Under the pieces are notes generated by a model. It worked only from the letters and a program-made list of their open reading frames with translations. It had not been told where the DNA came from and made no database searches. A stretch of DNA of 64,000 nt from a virus (Duplodnaviria; Caudoviricetes), in the IMG/VR virus record IMGVR_UViG_3300044954_000337, positions 1,179-65,178 of that record; one strand, written 5' to 3'. Below, piece after piece: positions 18,719 to 28,222 of the stretch. Made by a program: the position numbers and the translations under genes. Numbering within the stretch: position 1 is the stretch's first letter; every line of letters begins with the position of its first letter.

Positions 18719-19112
18719 CAAATCTGTAACTCTTGAGAATTTCCTTAGAGAAAAAATAAGAGAAGCAATTATCGAACAAATGATTTCCTTGTACGAGTGG
18801 GACCCAGATGAGTGGGATGAAAGAGGACAACATGGTCCTTCTCACGGGGACATAAGAAATGATCCTGACACTGGCAGCCTAGAAATTTATGATGAAAATG
18901 AAAATGAGTGGATAAGCGAGAATGAGTGGGAAGTACGCTATCCCGAACCCGATTTATCGGAGCATAAAAAATCTGATGTACCAGAAAAAAATATTGATTC
19001 CTTATTAAGTCTTGAATTCGATGAAAACAAAAAAATACAAATGGAGTATCTTGATAAAATGATTAAAGAGAGTGTAAAAAGATACTTCAAGGTAAACAAT
19101 AATAAGGAATAA
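18702..19112 (+). CDS. putative virion protein with acidic leader motif
   Basis: LENFLREKIREAIIEQMISLYE and LDKMIKESVKRYF. Confidence 0.65.
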   Translation: MAKINNKSVTLENFLREKIREAIIEQMISLYEWDPDEWDERGQHGPSHGDIRNDPDTGSLEIYDENENEWISENEWEVRYPEPDLSEHKKSDVPEKNIDSLLSLEFDENKKIQMEYLDKMIKESVKRYFKVNNNKE

Positions 19113-19118
19113 CAAATT

Positions 19119-19661
19119 ATGACCAAAATTCCTGGATGGCATCAAAAATACCTTCAGCAAAGGCAGAAGGGAATGCCAGCAAACCCTGGCACAAGTTCAC
19201 CAGCACCCGATTTTTCCCGAAAATTAAATGGTCCAATGCCAACTCAGTCAGGAGAAGGAGACATTTCACATCTCCTAGCTACTAGGGTTCAGCAAAAAGC
19301 AGCAGAACTAGCCTCTGGCGGTGGAAGCAACGGATACACTGCAGACTTAGTAGAAGGATTTCCATATTATACAAAGCTTCAGGCAGAACCATTTGGACAT
19401 GTGGTTTCCTTGTTTAGAACAGCGGGAACAATAAGTGGACCAACTGCTAGGGGAGTCCAAGTAAAAGGGGAAATAAATGGCTATCTCATTGATGGCATCA
19501 ATGCCGTAGACATGTCAAAAATAAAAGATAGAAACGATCTTCAAGTTGCCTTGGTTGAGGTTTCTGTTCCATTCATGGGAACATTTTTAGTTCCAAAGGA
19601 GGCAGTGGTTAAAAAGGGTTCTGGGCCGACGGGAGACGGTCGAAAGCTTCTAAAGGGATGA
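19119..19661 (+). CDS. hypothetical protein
   Basis: 180-aa ORF with AAGGA SD. Confidence 0.7.
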   Translation: MTKIPGWHQKYLQQRQKGMPANPGTSSPAPDFSRKLNGPMPTQSGEGDISHLLATRVQQKAAELASGGGSNGYTADLVEGFPYYTKLQAEPFGHVVSLFRTAGTISGPTARGVQVKGEINGYLIDGINAVDMSKIKDRNDLQVALVEVSVPFMGTFLVPKEAVVKKGSGPTGDGRKLLKG

Positions 19662-19680
19662 TTTATCCCTACGGGGCAGT

Positions 19681-19725
19681 TTATTACAAAACCATTGGAG
19701 GAGGTATTTGTAATAATATTTTTTT
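19681..19725 (+). terminator. putative intrinsic terminator
   Basis: ttattacaaa...tttgtaataa inverted repeat followed by a T-run. Confidence 0.45.
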
Positions 19726-19744
19726 CTATGGCATGGTGTAATTC

Positions 19745-20218
19745 GTGGCAACAAGTTTCCCGACAGCCCTAGACTCATACATAAATCCTACTGGTACTAA
19801 CCACCTGGATGACGCCCCGGTTCTACACAGCGCCCAGCACTCCAATATAAATGACGCAGTAGAGGCAATAGAGGCCAAGGTAGGAATTGACTTTTCCAGC
19901 GTAACAAACACCCTGGACTTTATCACCAAGCTACTGCTAATGACCTGGCTTCAACACCAGGATGGGGGATACAGAGAAATAACTTATGTTTCTGGAAACC
20001 CGCCAATCGTCTCAACGGTCATTTGGTACACGACTTCTGCCAAAACAATAAAACTAGTAGAAAAAATCTATACTTACGGCTCAATAAAAATTCTTCCTAC
20101 GGTCGTTACCCTAAAACTTTACGATGGAACCATCGCCAACGTATTAAAAAGAACAATAACGGATACAATAATTTACGACAGGGTTTTTGAGACTTCCAGG
20201 TCAAGAATAATAACCTGA
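19745..20218 (+). CDS. putative virion structural protein
   Basis: MATSFPTALD...HSNINDAVEAIEAKVG N-terminus typical of phage fibre/decoration proteins. Confidence 0.6.
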   Translation: MATSFPTALDSYINPTGTNHLDDAPVLHSAQHSNINDAVEAIEAKVGIDFSSVTNTLDFITKLLLMTWLQHQDGGYREITYVSGNPPIVSTVIWYTTSAKTIKLVEKIYTYGSIKILPTVVTLKLYDGTIANVLKRTITDTIIYDRVFETSRSRIIT

Positions 20219-20275
20219 ACCGTATATTTATAGTTTGACGAAATCAAGCGTCACAAAACACAGGAATAAACAAAT

Positions 20276-20815
20276 ATGCCTTTAGAATCACCTATTTCAG
20301 TTCTTTATGACTCAAACGGAACAGAAATTGCTGTTTCGCAATCACAAATCGTTTCTGGCGCTTCTCAACCGGGATTAATGGTCGCCGGTTCCGGCTCTAA
20401 CGGCGGTGCTATATTCTTTAGAATGGCAAATGATGGCGCCCTGTTTGTGACGGGAACGCTCGCCACGGCTGCCGTAGCCACTCAGTCGGTTGCAGTGATA
20501 AGCTGGTCGGCTGCTGTTACAGCCTCCGTCAGAGAAATCGGAGCAAGGACGACCGTTGTGTCTTCCGCCAACGGCTCTGTCACAAACTTTACCGTTCTCG
20601 CCGCAAATGGCACTCGTAAAAAGGCTTCCTTCTACAAGGAAGGCGGTAGTACGTGCTATATTAAACTCGGAGCCACAGCTTCTACCACTTCATATACCGT
20701 GGCCATTGGTAATAATGGTTACTTTGAAACCCCAGATGGTTACACGGGCCAGGTAGATATTATTTTCAGTAATAATGCTGGCGTAGTTAGAGTAACCGAA
20801 ATTACTTACCCATAA
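20276..20815 (+). CDS. putative virion structural protein
   Basis: G/S/T/A/V-rich, beta-rich composition; TATTTA upstream (20225-20230). Confidence 0.6.
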   Translation: MPLESPISVLYDSNGTEIAVSQSQIVSGASQPGLMVAGSGSNGGAIFFRMANDGALFVTGTLATAAVATQSVAVISWSAAVTASVREIGARTTVVSSANGSVTNFTVLAANGTRKKASFYKEGGSTCYIKLGATASTTSYTVAIGNNGYFETPDGYTGQVDIIFSNNAGVVRVTEITYP

Positions 20816-20851
20816 TCTAGTTTAAACTACCTCTAGGTGGATTCTAAAAGG

Positions 20852-20885
20852 AAGGCGCTAATTACGGTTAGCGCCTTTCTTTTTT
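20852..20885 (+). terminator. intrinsic terminator with TAATTA overlapping its loop
   Basis: aaggcgctaa-ttacgg-ttagcgcctt followed by tctttttt. Confidence 0.8.
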
Positions 20886-20911
20886 AGCACTATTTTGGCG
20901 AAATAGGTAAA

Positions 20912-21922
20912 ATGCCTTTAACAATAGATGACCAGATTATTTCCTTGGTAGACGTATCCAGTTCTTACATGGACGTAAGAAGTGGAAGTCTTGTAAATAC
21001 GGTTTCCCAGTCTATGTTTCTTATTGGAGGTATTTCTGGCTCAAACCCTAACTTTATACAACTAGACAACCAAGGATCTTTGATTATCACGGGTTCTGCT
21101 ACTGTTAACCAAGGTAGGTCGGGATCTCTTGGAAGTCCATGGCCAATTTTATTGACTAGTGGCGGGATTCAAACCGGCATCTCCGGTTCCCCAATAACAG
21201 TAACCGGATCTATAGCTGTAACCAATACTCCTTTGACGGTACAATTTGGTTCGTCTGGCGGTGGTATCGGCCTTTCAAAATTAATTAATTTGTCATTCAA
21301 TGCTTCCGATGGAGCCATTGTGGCAAACAAATTTAAGCGTGTCGTAACTTACACTACTCCCACGGGATTTTATGGATACCTTATAAGTTTTTCTTCCTGG
21401 CAAAATGAGGTAGCAAATTCCAGGTTTGTGGCCGAAACAAACCTGGCCCAGTTGAACATTAACACCAACACGTTTACGGCCGGAGAATCTTATGTGAACC
21501 CTCAGTGGTCAGCAAACGTGGAAGCTGATGTAACTACGGCCTTAGCTGCGGGCTCAGGAAACGTGAAGATAACAGTAACATACACAAATGAAACTGGTGT
21601 AGGCAGCAGAACAGGTACTATTTCAATACCAAAGGGCTCGGCAGTAGGCTCAAGATGGGTTATGGTATTACAAGCTGGTGATATTGGCGTTAGGTCAATT
21701 CAAAATCTTAGTGCATCCCCTACACAAGTAGGCGTTATAAGAGTTCTTGGATTTATACTACTTGCCCAACACCAGGATGAAAATGTCGCAGGTTCGATTA
21801 TGACCGATTATGCCCCAGGAGCAATTTCGTTTCCGTCTGGTACAGTCGTTGGCATAGAGTATTCCGGCGGCACCGTGTCGAAACAAAGAATTTTTAATTC
21901 CATTTTACAAATATTAACCTAA
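20912..21922 (+). CDS. putative virion structural protein (SGS/TGS-rich)
   Basis: G/S/T-rich beta protein; ITVTYTNETGVGSRTGT motif. Confidence 0.65.
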   Translation: MPLTIDDQIISLVDVSSSYMDVRSGSLVNTVSQSMFLIGGISGSNPNFIQLDNQGSLIITGSATVNQGRSGSLGSPWPILLTSGGIQTGISGSPITVTGSIAVTNTPLTVQFGSSGGGIGLSKLINLSFNASDGAIVANKFKRVVTYTTPTGFYGYLISFSSWQNEVANSRFVAETNLAQLNINTNTFTAGESYVNPQWSANVEADVTTALAAGSGNVKITVTYTNETGVGSRTGTISIPKGSAVGSRWVMVLQAGDIGVRSIQNLSASPTQVGVIRVLGFILLAQHQDENVAGSIMTDYAPGAISFPSGTVVGIEYSGGTVSKQRIFNSILQILT

Positions 21923-21923
21923 C

Positions 21924-22874
21924 ATGACAAATCTAAAAATAATTTCTGGTGCTGTGGTGGATTTCGAAGCCGATTGGGCTTCCTTCAAGGAATGGATCAA
22001 TGGCGTAAATGCTTATTTGCCTTATACTTGGGCTGACGAAGGACCATCTTATTCTGTTATTGCAATAGATAACAACATTTATAGAACTGTTGGATTAAAT
22101 AAAGATGGTGGCGCGAACGTAGTAGATTTTGAAACGAACTGGAAACCATTCGGATCCGAACCGATTACACAAGGAAATTTCACAGATCCAAGAATAATTC
22201 ACAAATTCGGAAATCTTACAACAACTGCGACATCTGAGGTTCTTGTTTCTACCAGACCATACGTTGAACAATCTTCACAGGCCCAACGATCTGTAAAGTC
22301 AACAAGCGCAAACGATGCAAATCCAGCCGGAACTGGAGCCACAGAAGTAAGAATTACTTATTTGGATTCGAATTATGTTCTAAAAACAGAAGATGTTTTA
22401 CTCAATGGACTAACAGCAGTTGCCACTGTTGCCACAGACATAAGATTTATTGAAAGCTTCAAAGTTATTAAAGGTGCGCCAGCAGCGGGAGCTATCGAGC
22501 TTTGGACCAACAATAACGGAACCGGAACTGCCATTTGCGGTATCCCCGCCCTTGCTGAGGATGCTTTCTTGTGTCATCACTATGTTCCTGCAGGGAAAAG
22601 AGCCTATATTTTATTGTGGGGAAGTACTGTAAGTGATGACGGGTCCATGAAACTTAAGAGTCAAGTCAGATATGGAGCAAATCTTGTAGATGTAAACCTT
22701 GACTTAGATAATCTCACAGGTATAGCTGCCGGTTCAAGAAGTTCATTTGAAAGAAAATTTACTGGCGGGATGTATGTTGGAGAAAAAACCTATATCAGAA
22801 TAACCGTGGTTCCTGGTCAGGCGACATCAACAATTATTCGTGCCATACTTGACATTTGGGAAGATAAAGCGTAA
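21924..22874 (+). CDS. putative virion structural protein
   Basis: STSAND...GTGA..V.ITYLD.NY....EDV.LNG.T.V motif seen in phage structural proteins. Confidence 0.6.
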   Translation: MTNLKIISGAVVDFEADWASFKEWINGVNAYLPYTWADEGPSYSVIAIDNNIYRTVGLNKDGGANVVDFETNWKPFGSEPITQGNFTDPRIIHKFGNLTTTATSEVLVSTRPYVEQSSQAQRSVKSTSANDANPAGTGATEVRITYLDSNYVLKTEDVLLNGLTAVATVATDIRFIESFKVIKGAPAAGAIELWTNNNGTGTAICGIPALAEDAFLCHHYVPAGKRAYILLWGSTVSDDGSMKLKSQVRYGANLVDVNLDLDNLTGIAAGSRSSFERKFTGGMYVGEKTYIRITVVPGQATSTIIRAILDIWEDKA

Positions 22875-22925
22875 GAGCACAAATATTTATTGGGGCAAAC
22901 TGGAAGCGAGGAAGAGAAACGAGTT

Positions 22926-24008
22926 ATGTGCCAAACACCAGCCCAACTAAATACCGATCTTAAGGCCGCAACACAGGCCCAAGTTATCAGCCTTTCTGGA
23001 ATAAATCCAATAAATTGTCCAACGCTTGCAATGACGGGTTCATGGACAGGAGGAAAGTTGTTTTTCTCTGACTCCCCAGAGACTCCCACCTCAGCAGGAA
23101 AGCTTTATTTTGATACATCCGTCCCGGCTACAGTAGGAACAGATTATCACAGAATTTTTCTTTATCATGTAAATGGCAAAGCATCTGGAAAGATGAAGTT
23201 TTCTGCCATGATCAAAAATACCGGAACCGCTTCCGCTACACTCACTGTGCAGAAAATTGGTACATCAGGTCCAACCACTAGTTTTCTTTATGCGGGTAAG
23301 CTTGCCTATCAGAGATGGCTTGTGTCTACAGCGGGAACTCCAAGAACGGTAGCTCCCGGGGCTTGGATTAGAGTAGACACTTCATTTGATGCCCTTCAGG
23401 CAAGTCCCGGTAATCTCCTTCATGGAATTTGGGACTACAAAATGGACCAACCACACGAGGTTTTGATTGTTGCGCTAAACCAGAATGACGACCCAATTTC
23501 TGTCGGTCCTGGTCTTCCTCTCCTTGCTAGAGACACTCACGACAGAGGAACTTTTCCATTTTGTGACAAAGTTTATGACACCGATTCTGGCGTAACTTTT
23601 GACACAGCAGGAGATATTAAATCTTTCCCTATTGGCGGCGGAACAAGCCCAGATGACTTTGCCGTGGGTATGGATACTACCGACGGAACCCCAATGACTC
23701 TTGCTGGAAACTTTGGAGTGAATTACAAAATTCACGTAAATACGATTTCCACAGATGGTAAAAACATAGGAATTATGATAAACCCAAGAGGAGGACAGTG
23801 GGGTGGTGCTGTGTGGGCTATGGCCGGAGTGTTTCCAAGTGGAAAAATTCTTATTCCCCCAACCACAGCTTCTACCGGTGATAATACCAAGGGTGCAGTA
23901 GAAGGAAAATATGTTCCTGGCGCTGGACTTACTATTTGGGCGCAGTTTATGCCAACCGGCGGTTCTTCCTTTCCAGTCAGATGTGTTCTTGTCCCGTATA
24001 CTCCGTAG
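22926..24008 (+). CDS. beta-rich protein, putative virion/surface-binding
   Basis: LFFSDSPE...GKLY.D, RIFLYHVN, RGTF, GNFGV.Y, NPRGG; start placed at ATG 22926 (ORF track TTG 22890). Confidence 0.6.
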   Translation: MCQTPAQLNTDLKAATQAQVISLSGINPINCPTLAMTGSWTGGKLFFSDSPETPTSAGKLYFDTSVPATVGTDYHRIFLYHVNGKASGKMKFSAMIKNTGTASATLTVQKIGTSGPTTSFLYAGKLAYQRWLVSTAGTPRTVAPGAWIRVDTSFDALQASPGNLLHGIWDYKMDQPHEVLIVALNQNDDPISVGPGLPLLARDTHDRGTFPFCDKVYDTDSGVTFDTAGDIKSFPIGGGTSPDDFAVGMDTTDGTPMTLAGNFGVNYKIHVNTISTDGKNIGIMINPRGGQWGGAVWAMAGVFPSGKILIPPTTASTGDNTKGAVEGKYVPGAGLTIWAQFMPTGGSSFPVRCVLVPYTP

Positions 24009-24039
24009 TAGATAGCAACTATATAGAGAGGTACATAAC

Positions 24040-24951
24040 ATGATCAAAAGAGCCTTAGTTCTCTCAGGTGGTGGTGCAAAAGGATCTTACCAAGTTGGTG
24101 CCCTTAAAGCCCTTTGTGAAAGGGGTCGATATTGGACCTCTGTCCATGGAATTTCTGTGGGCGCTCTAAACGCTGCATGGTTCGCCATGCACAAGCCAGA
24201 GGAACAGGCAAAGTCATTTTCTGGTCTTCAGGCTATTTGGGATCAGGTAAAAACCTCTAATGACATTTACAAGCCATGGGCTCCCTATTTCTTAAAGTAC
24301 ATTTTCTCGCTTTGGAAAGGATCTCTAAATACAGGAGCCCCACTTAGAAAGTTGGTCACCAAATTTTGGGACTATGACAAAGTTAAAAACTCTGGAGTAA
24401 ATCTAACTGTAAGTTGCGTGTCTCTTACTACTGCCAGGTATCATGCCATAGGCCAAGAAAATGAAAATATTTTAGAGTATATTCTTGCATCCTCTCATTT
24501 ACCTGTGGTTTTTGAACCGCTATCAATTGACGGAGAACTTTGGGTGGATGGTGGTATTAGACACCAGATCCCAATCTTGGAGGCGGTAAAGGAAGACCCG
24601 GACGAAATTGACGTTATCATCACTCAGCCTATTACTAACTGGGAAGAGTATAAAGTAGATAATTCTAAACTCAAAAGCGCAATTGATGTCAGTCTCAGAG
24701 GAGCAGGTATTTTCTCTGATCAAATTTATTTCGAAGACTGCATGAACGTAGTAAAATTAATCAAAGACTCAGGAAAAAAACATAATATTAAGGTAAACTT
24801 CTTTGTTCCATCAAAAATGCCCCCTGTGGACAGTATGGATTTCAACGAAGCCAAGATTCAGGAAATAATTCAAATGGGATACGAGGAAACCAAGGCAAAG
24901 TTAGAAAAACTTGCAGAAACCTCAGAGAATGACTTTGTTGGTGAGTTTTAA
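24040..24951 (+). CDS. patatin-like phospholipase
   Basis: LVLSGGGAKG, GISVG (nucleophile elbow), ASS..P..F.P, DGG. Confidence 0.92.
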   Translation: MIKRALVLSGGGAKGSYQVGALKALCERGRYWTSVHGISVGALNAAWFAMHKPEEQAKSFSGLQAIWDQVKTSNDIYKPWAPYFLKYIFSLWKGSLNTGAPLRKLVTKFWDYDKVKNSGVNLTVSCVSLTTARYHAIGQENENILEYILASSHLPVVFEPLSIDGELWVDGGIRHQIPILEAVKEDPDEIDVIITQPITNWEEYKVDNSKLKSAIDVSLRGAGIFSDQIYFEDCMNVVKLIKDSGKKHNIKVNFFVPSKMPPVDSMDFNEAKIQEIIQMGYEETKAKLEKLAETSENDFVGEF

Positions 24952-24978
24952 CCAGCAAAAATAGTTAAATCTGAGTAA

Positions 24979-25572
24979 ATGACTCTCCCTACACCGCCCT
25001 ATTTTTATGATGACTCTCGTCTAGTCTACGATGAGCATTGCTTCTTTTATGATGGCGGGTATGATGACGTATGCCTTAGTGCCCCAACTGCGGTCATAGT
25101 TCGTCGTGGTGGCAGGAAAAAACAATCTAAACCGTACCTCAATGTCTTCGTTCGTTGTTGCGTGTGCAAGGTAAACGGCGAAGAAATCCCCTGCAGTGAC
25201 CTTGAGGGGTGGACCAGATTTGCCGGGGAAGATGAACCTCTTACGGTTTTCATAAATGGCGTTGCCATAAACATGAAAACCCCCTATGCCTCCGGGTATT
25301 TAAAAGACCTGATTAACTCCAAAAATCAAGTGGACGGTGTAAACCTAAGTCTACAATTCCTTCAAAAAATTGAGGACGAAGGACCGGAGTGCGTAATTGA
25401 GCCGGAGTCCGACACAAATAATAACATAGACGTTAAAATAGTAGAACCCTGGCAAGACACACTTGAGGTAAAATGCGACCTAATACCAATCAGCATAGTT
25501 ACCTCCTCACTTAAGGTTGAGAGCAAAATAATTAACCCAGAAGAGATAGATAAGAAAAAAGACCGAAAATGA
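24979..25572 (+). CDS. hypothetical protein
   Basis: 197-aa ORF; TAGTTA 11 nt upstream. Confidence 0.7.
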   Translation: MTLPTPPYFYDDSRLVYDEHCFFYDGGYDDVCLSAPTAVIVRRGGRKKQSKPYLNVFVRCCVCKVNGEEIPCSDLEGWTRFAGEDEPLTVFINGVAINMKTPYASGYLKDLINSKNQVDGVNLSLQFLQKIEDEGPECVIEPESDTNNNIDVKIVEPWQDTLEVKCDLIPISIVTSSLKVESKIINPEEIDKKKDRK

Positions 25573-26174
25573 GTAAAATAACTTTAAAACTTGACGAGGC
25601 AAATGACTTAAATTTCCAATTTAAGGTCCAAGGTACCAGTTCAGAGCCAGGGGCAACGGCTCCTCAATTTAGGTTTGTGGTATTTGAAAAAGATAACCAA
25701 AAAGGGGTGGGGTATATATTCCCGGTAACGTCCAAGGAAGAAAACGGGACAATAACAGTATCAATGCCTGTCCTCAAGGACATTTTCCAAGAGAAAACTA
25801 CCTATATTGGAAAAGTAGAGGTTATTATCGGCACCAGGCTTCTGGTGCCAACAACCTTGGAACTTGAGTTCGTAAAATCCCTGACAATCGAAGTTACCCC
25901 AATCCTTCCAGAAGGGGAGGCAGAAGCCAAAGTAGACGACAGAAAGACTCCAGAAGAACTTTTGCCGGAACTTGAAGCCCTGGAAATGAAAGAAGTCTTA
26001 CCAGCAACAGTTGAAAATACCGGTGGCAAAAAGAAAATAACCCTAACAAAGTCCCAGCTTAATCAAATGATCCTGGAAAGGAAAAAGCAAAAGACTTTAA
26101 AGAATCCTCTAAAGGATTTAATGAAGTCTGCCCTAAAGGACGATGACGACACTGGAGATAAGGGAAATACCTAA
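25569..26174 (+). CDS. hypothetical protein
   Basis: 201-aa ORF, ATGA-coupled. Confidence 0.7.
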   Translation: MSKITLKLDEANDLNFQFKVQGTSSEPGATAPQFRFVVFEKDNQKGVGYIFPVTSKEENGTITVSMPVLKDIFQEKTTYIGKVEVIIGTRLLVPTTLELEFVKSLTIEVTPILPEGEAEAKVDDRKTPEELLPELEALEMKEVLPATVENTGGKKKITLTKSQLNQMILERKKQKTLKNPLKDLMKSALKDDDDTGDKGNT

Positions 26175-26365
26175 TTTTTCAGGCGACGAAAATCGGCAGC
26201 TACGAACCACTTTTTGGAACCATCTGCAAATTCCACGAGATATTCTCTCATAAAATTAACCACGGTTGTTTGAACGATTTTTACCTTGAAGTCCTCTCCG
26301 TTGAACGAAAGCTCAACGGAGTCACCTAGCTTTAAAGTTTTTCTGGTTTCGTTATCTCCTGCCAC
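26171..26365 (-). CDS. small SH3/KOW-like hypothetical protein
   Basis: LKLGDSVELSF...YLVEFADGSKKWF; GTG start at 26365 immediately after the upstream stop. Confidence 0.5.
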   Translation of the reverse strand: MAGDNETRKTLKLGDSVELSFNGEDFKVKIVQTTVVNFMREYLVEFADGSKKWFVAADFRRLKN

Positions 26366-26366
26366 T

Positions 26367-26573
26367 TTATTTGTTATCCCTTCTTTGTTCGGATTCAACT
26401 CTGACTGCACTCTGTCGTGCTGCCGCTCTAGCCTCAAAATAAGTATCCCGGATTTCACATACGTCAAATGCGGGAATTGTGACACGCCAACGACCATCGC
26501 TTAGCTGTTCTTCTTCCATTGTAAAGAACTCGCCTGTGAGGTGACTACAATAACCTACTGTCACAAGGGTCAT
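26367..26573 (-). CDS. small HicB-like-fold protein
   Basis: DGRWRVTIPAFDVCEIRDTYFEARAAARQS resembles the HicB N-terminal pattern. Confidence 0.45.
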   Translation of the reverse strand: MTLVTVGYCSHLTGEFFTMEEEQLSDGRWRVTIPAFDVCEIRDTYFEARAAARQSAVRVESEQRRDNK

Positions 26574-26579
26574 AGTTGA

Positions 26580-27752
26580 TTACTCGTAATTACGCTCTGA
26601 AAGAAAACTCGGAAAGCGAGGAATCTTTGCATCGGTCAATTCCTGGTACCTAAAGGTAATCTTGGAACCGACCGCAGGAGGATTTTTCCGCTCTGCATCA
26701 GACAGTCCGGTGCCAACCTCAAATTCCACATTTTTCCACCTACACACCAGGGCTCCAATTCTTCCCTTGTGCTTGCCCTTGCCGTCCGTGTACCCAATTA
26801 CTTCTGCCTCATCATCGAAAAAGGTCTTGACCTTGAGACAGGTACTAGAACGACCTTCCTCATATGAGGACCCGGACTGGCGGAGCATCACGCCCTCGCC
26901 ACCAAATGACTCAATCTTTGCAAGATATTCCTTGAGATGGTCAGGACCCTTGCAACGATGCTGTTCCAGCGCAGCAACATGCCCAATTCCTTCACCGTGA
27001 TGAGACTCGTAAGCAGGAAAAAGCGTCTTGAGGTACTCAGTGCGTTCCTCAAACTTTCCCTCGAACTTCGGAGCGTCATACATGACATAGGTCACATCAA
27101 GCCATTCCTTGTCGTCAGGAATGAGTTTGCGGACCACCGAAACAGTTTGCTGAAACTTTCCACGACCGATGAAAAGCTCACCATCAAGAACAACCTTCGG
27201 AAGAAGGTTCTTGAACCAAACAGGTGCGTGGTAGGTATTTCCAAGACGGGAAATGAAGTTTTCCCCGTCCCACCAGGCCCTTACACCATCCAGCTTTTCA
27301 GACATCCACCACCCGGTCGGGTCTTCTCCTTCCCACTTGTGGGCAAGGAGACAAGGCGGGGCAGTATCCTTAACCACAACCTGTTTAACGGCAGTAGAAA
27401 TCTTCCCCGTCTTTGTAAGTCGGACACCATTACCAGCAGCAGCGTTTGCGGCATTAATGGCAACGGTCATGGGGACGCCAAGACCAGAATTGGGAAGATT
27501 TACAGGAGCACCTCCCTGGGGAATGGTTACGCCACCAATTCCCATGGCAAGCTGGGCCTGCGGCAGGAGGCACGTTGGGTCAATATTTGCCTTGATGTGC
27601 TTGCAAACCCTAACGTCAATAGGACCACCAAGATTGCGCCATGCGGGACACGAACAGTCCACAACCCCACCAATTTTTCGGACAATATAGGGCTTTTTAC
27701 CAGAGCCCTGAATTTCCACCTTGTCACCTTCGTTTAGGAATGTCTTGGTCAT
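26580..27752 (-). CDS. ATP-dependent DNA ligase with N-terminal SWIM zinc finger
   Basis: CSCPAW...CKH; SEKLDGVR (motif I), LDGEL, EGVMLR, LKVK, GTG, PRFP. Confidence 0.92.
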   Translation of the reverse strand: MTKTFLNEGDKVEIQGSGKKPYIVRKIGGVVDCSCPAWRNLGGPIDVRVCKHIKANIDPTCLLPQAQLAMGIGGVTIPQGGAPVNLPNSGLGVPMTVAINAANAAAGNGVRLTKTGKISTAVKQVVVKDTAPPCLLAHKWEGEDPTGWWMSEKLDGVRAWWDGENFISRLGNTYHAPVWFKNLLPKVVLDGELFIGRGKFQQTVSVVRKLIPDDKEWLDVTYVMYDAPKFEGKFEERTEYLKTLFPAYESHHGEGIGHVAALEQHRCKGPDHLKEYLAKIESFGGEGVMLRQSGSSYEEGRSSTCLKVKTFFDDEAEVIGYTDGKGKHKGRIGALVCRWKNVEFEVGTGLSDAERKNPPAVGSKITFRYQELTDAKIPRFPSFLSERNYE

Positions 27753-27758
27753 GTCCTG

Positions 27759-27786
27759 AGCATAGCACCAACCCTCCGTGCGTCAA
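27759..27786 (-). promoter_or_regulatory. sigma70-like promoter, leaderless configuration
   Basis: TTGACG-16 nt-(TGc)TATGCT-6 nt-ATG. Confidence 0.65.
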
Positions 27787-28091
27787 GGAGAAACGGAAGC
27801 AACAGACTCCTTGTCGTCATCGAACTCTTTTTTGAGGGACTCGTAGAGTTTCTTTCTCTTTAGTCTCGCCTCTTCCTTTTCCTTAAGGCGAAACTTTTCA
27901 AGGATTTCGTTGTAGGAGACCGTTTTCACTGGTTGGACAATGATCTTGCTAACCTCATAAGTGCATCCCGGGGAGGCAATCCTCTCCAGGTAATTATTTA
28001 CTTCTTCCTCCGAGGTTGCATTTATTTCCCAGGAATCCCAGGTATTAAACCAGCCATTTTTACGCTCGCAGACAATTTTATATGTTTCCAT
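27783..28091 (-). CDS. hypothetical protein
   Basis: 102-aa ORF, AAGGA SD, TTGACA-16-TACCGT upstream (28133-28160). Confidence 0.7.
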   Translation of the reverse strand: METYKIVCERKNGWFNTWDSWEINATSEEEVNNYLERIASPGCTYEVSKIIVQPVKTVSYNEILEKFRLKEKEEARLKRKKLYESLKKEFDDDKESVASVSP

Positions 28092-28222
28092 GATTATTTA
28101 TTCCTTTTTGAGCCATGTTGGGCTCAAGGAACACGGTAATCATGTCTTTTGGACTGTCAAGAGGTGAATAAAAGAAAAAATTACTTCTCTTTAATTTATT
28201 TCACCATGAGAGCCTAGCATCA

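Noticed and set aside
24040-24951. CBASS operon (patatin as CapV)
   Set aside because: No adjacent CD-NTase or Cap2/Cap3 genes; the NTases in the window are distant and of other types.
26937-27737. 266-aa plus-strand ORF
   Set aside because: Antisense shadow of the DNA ligase with no recognisable motifs.
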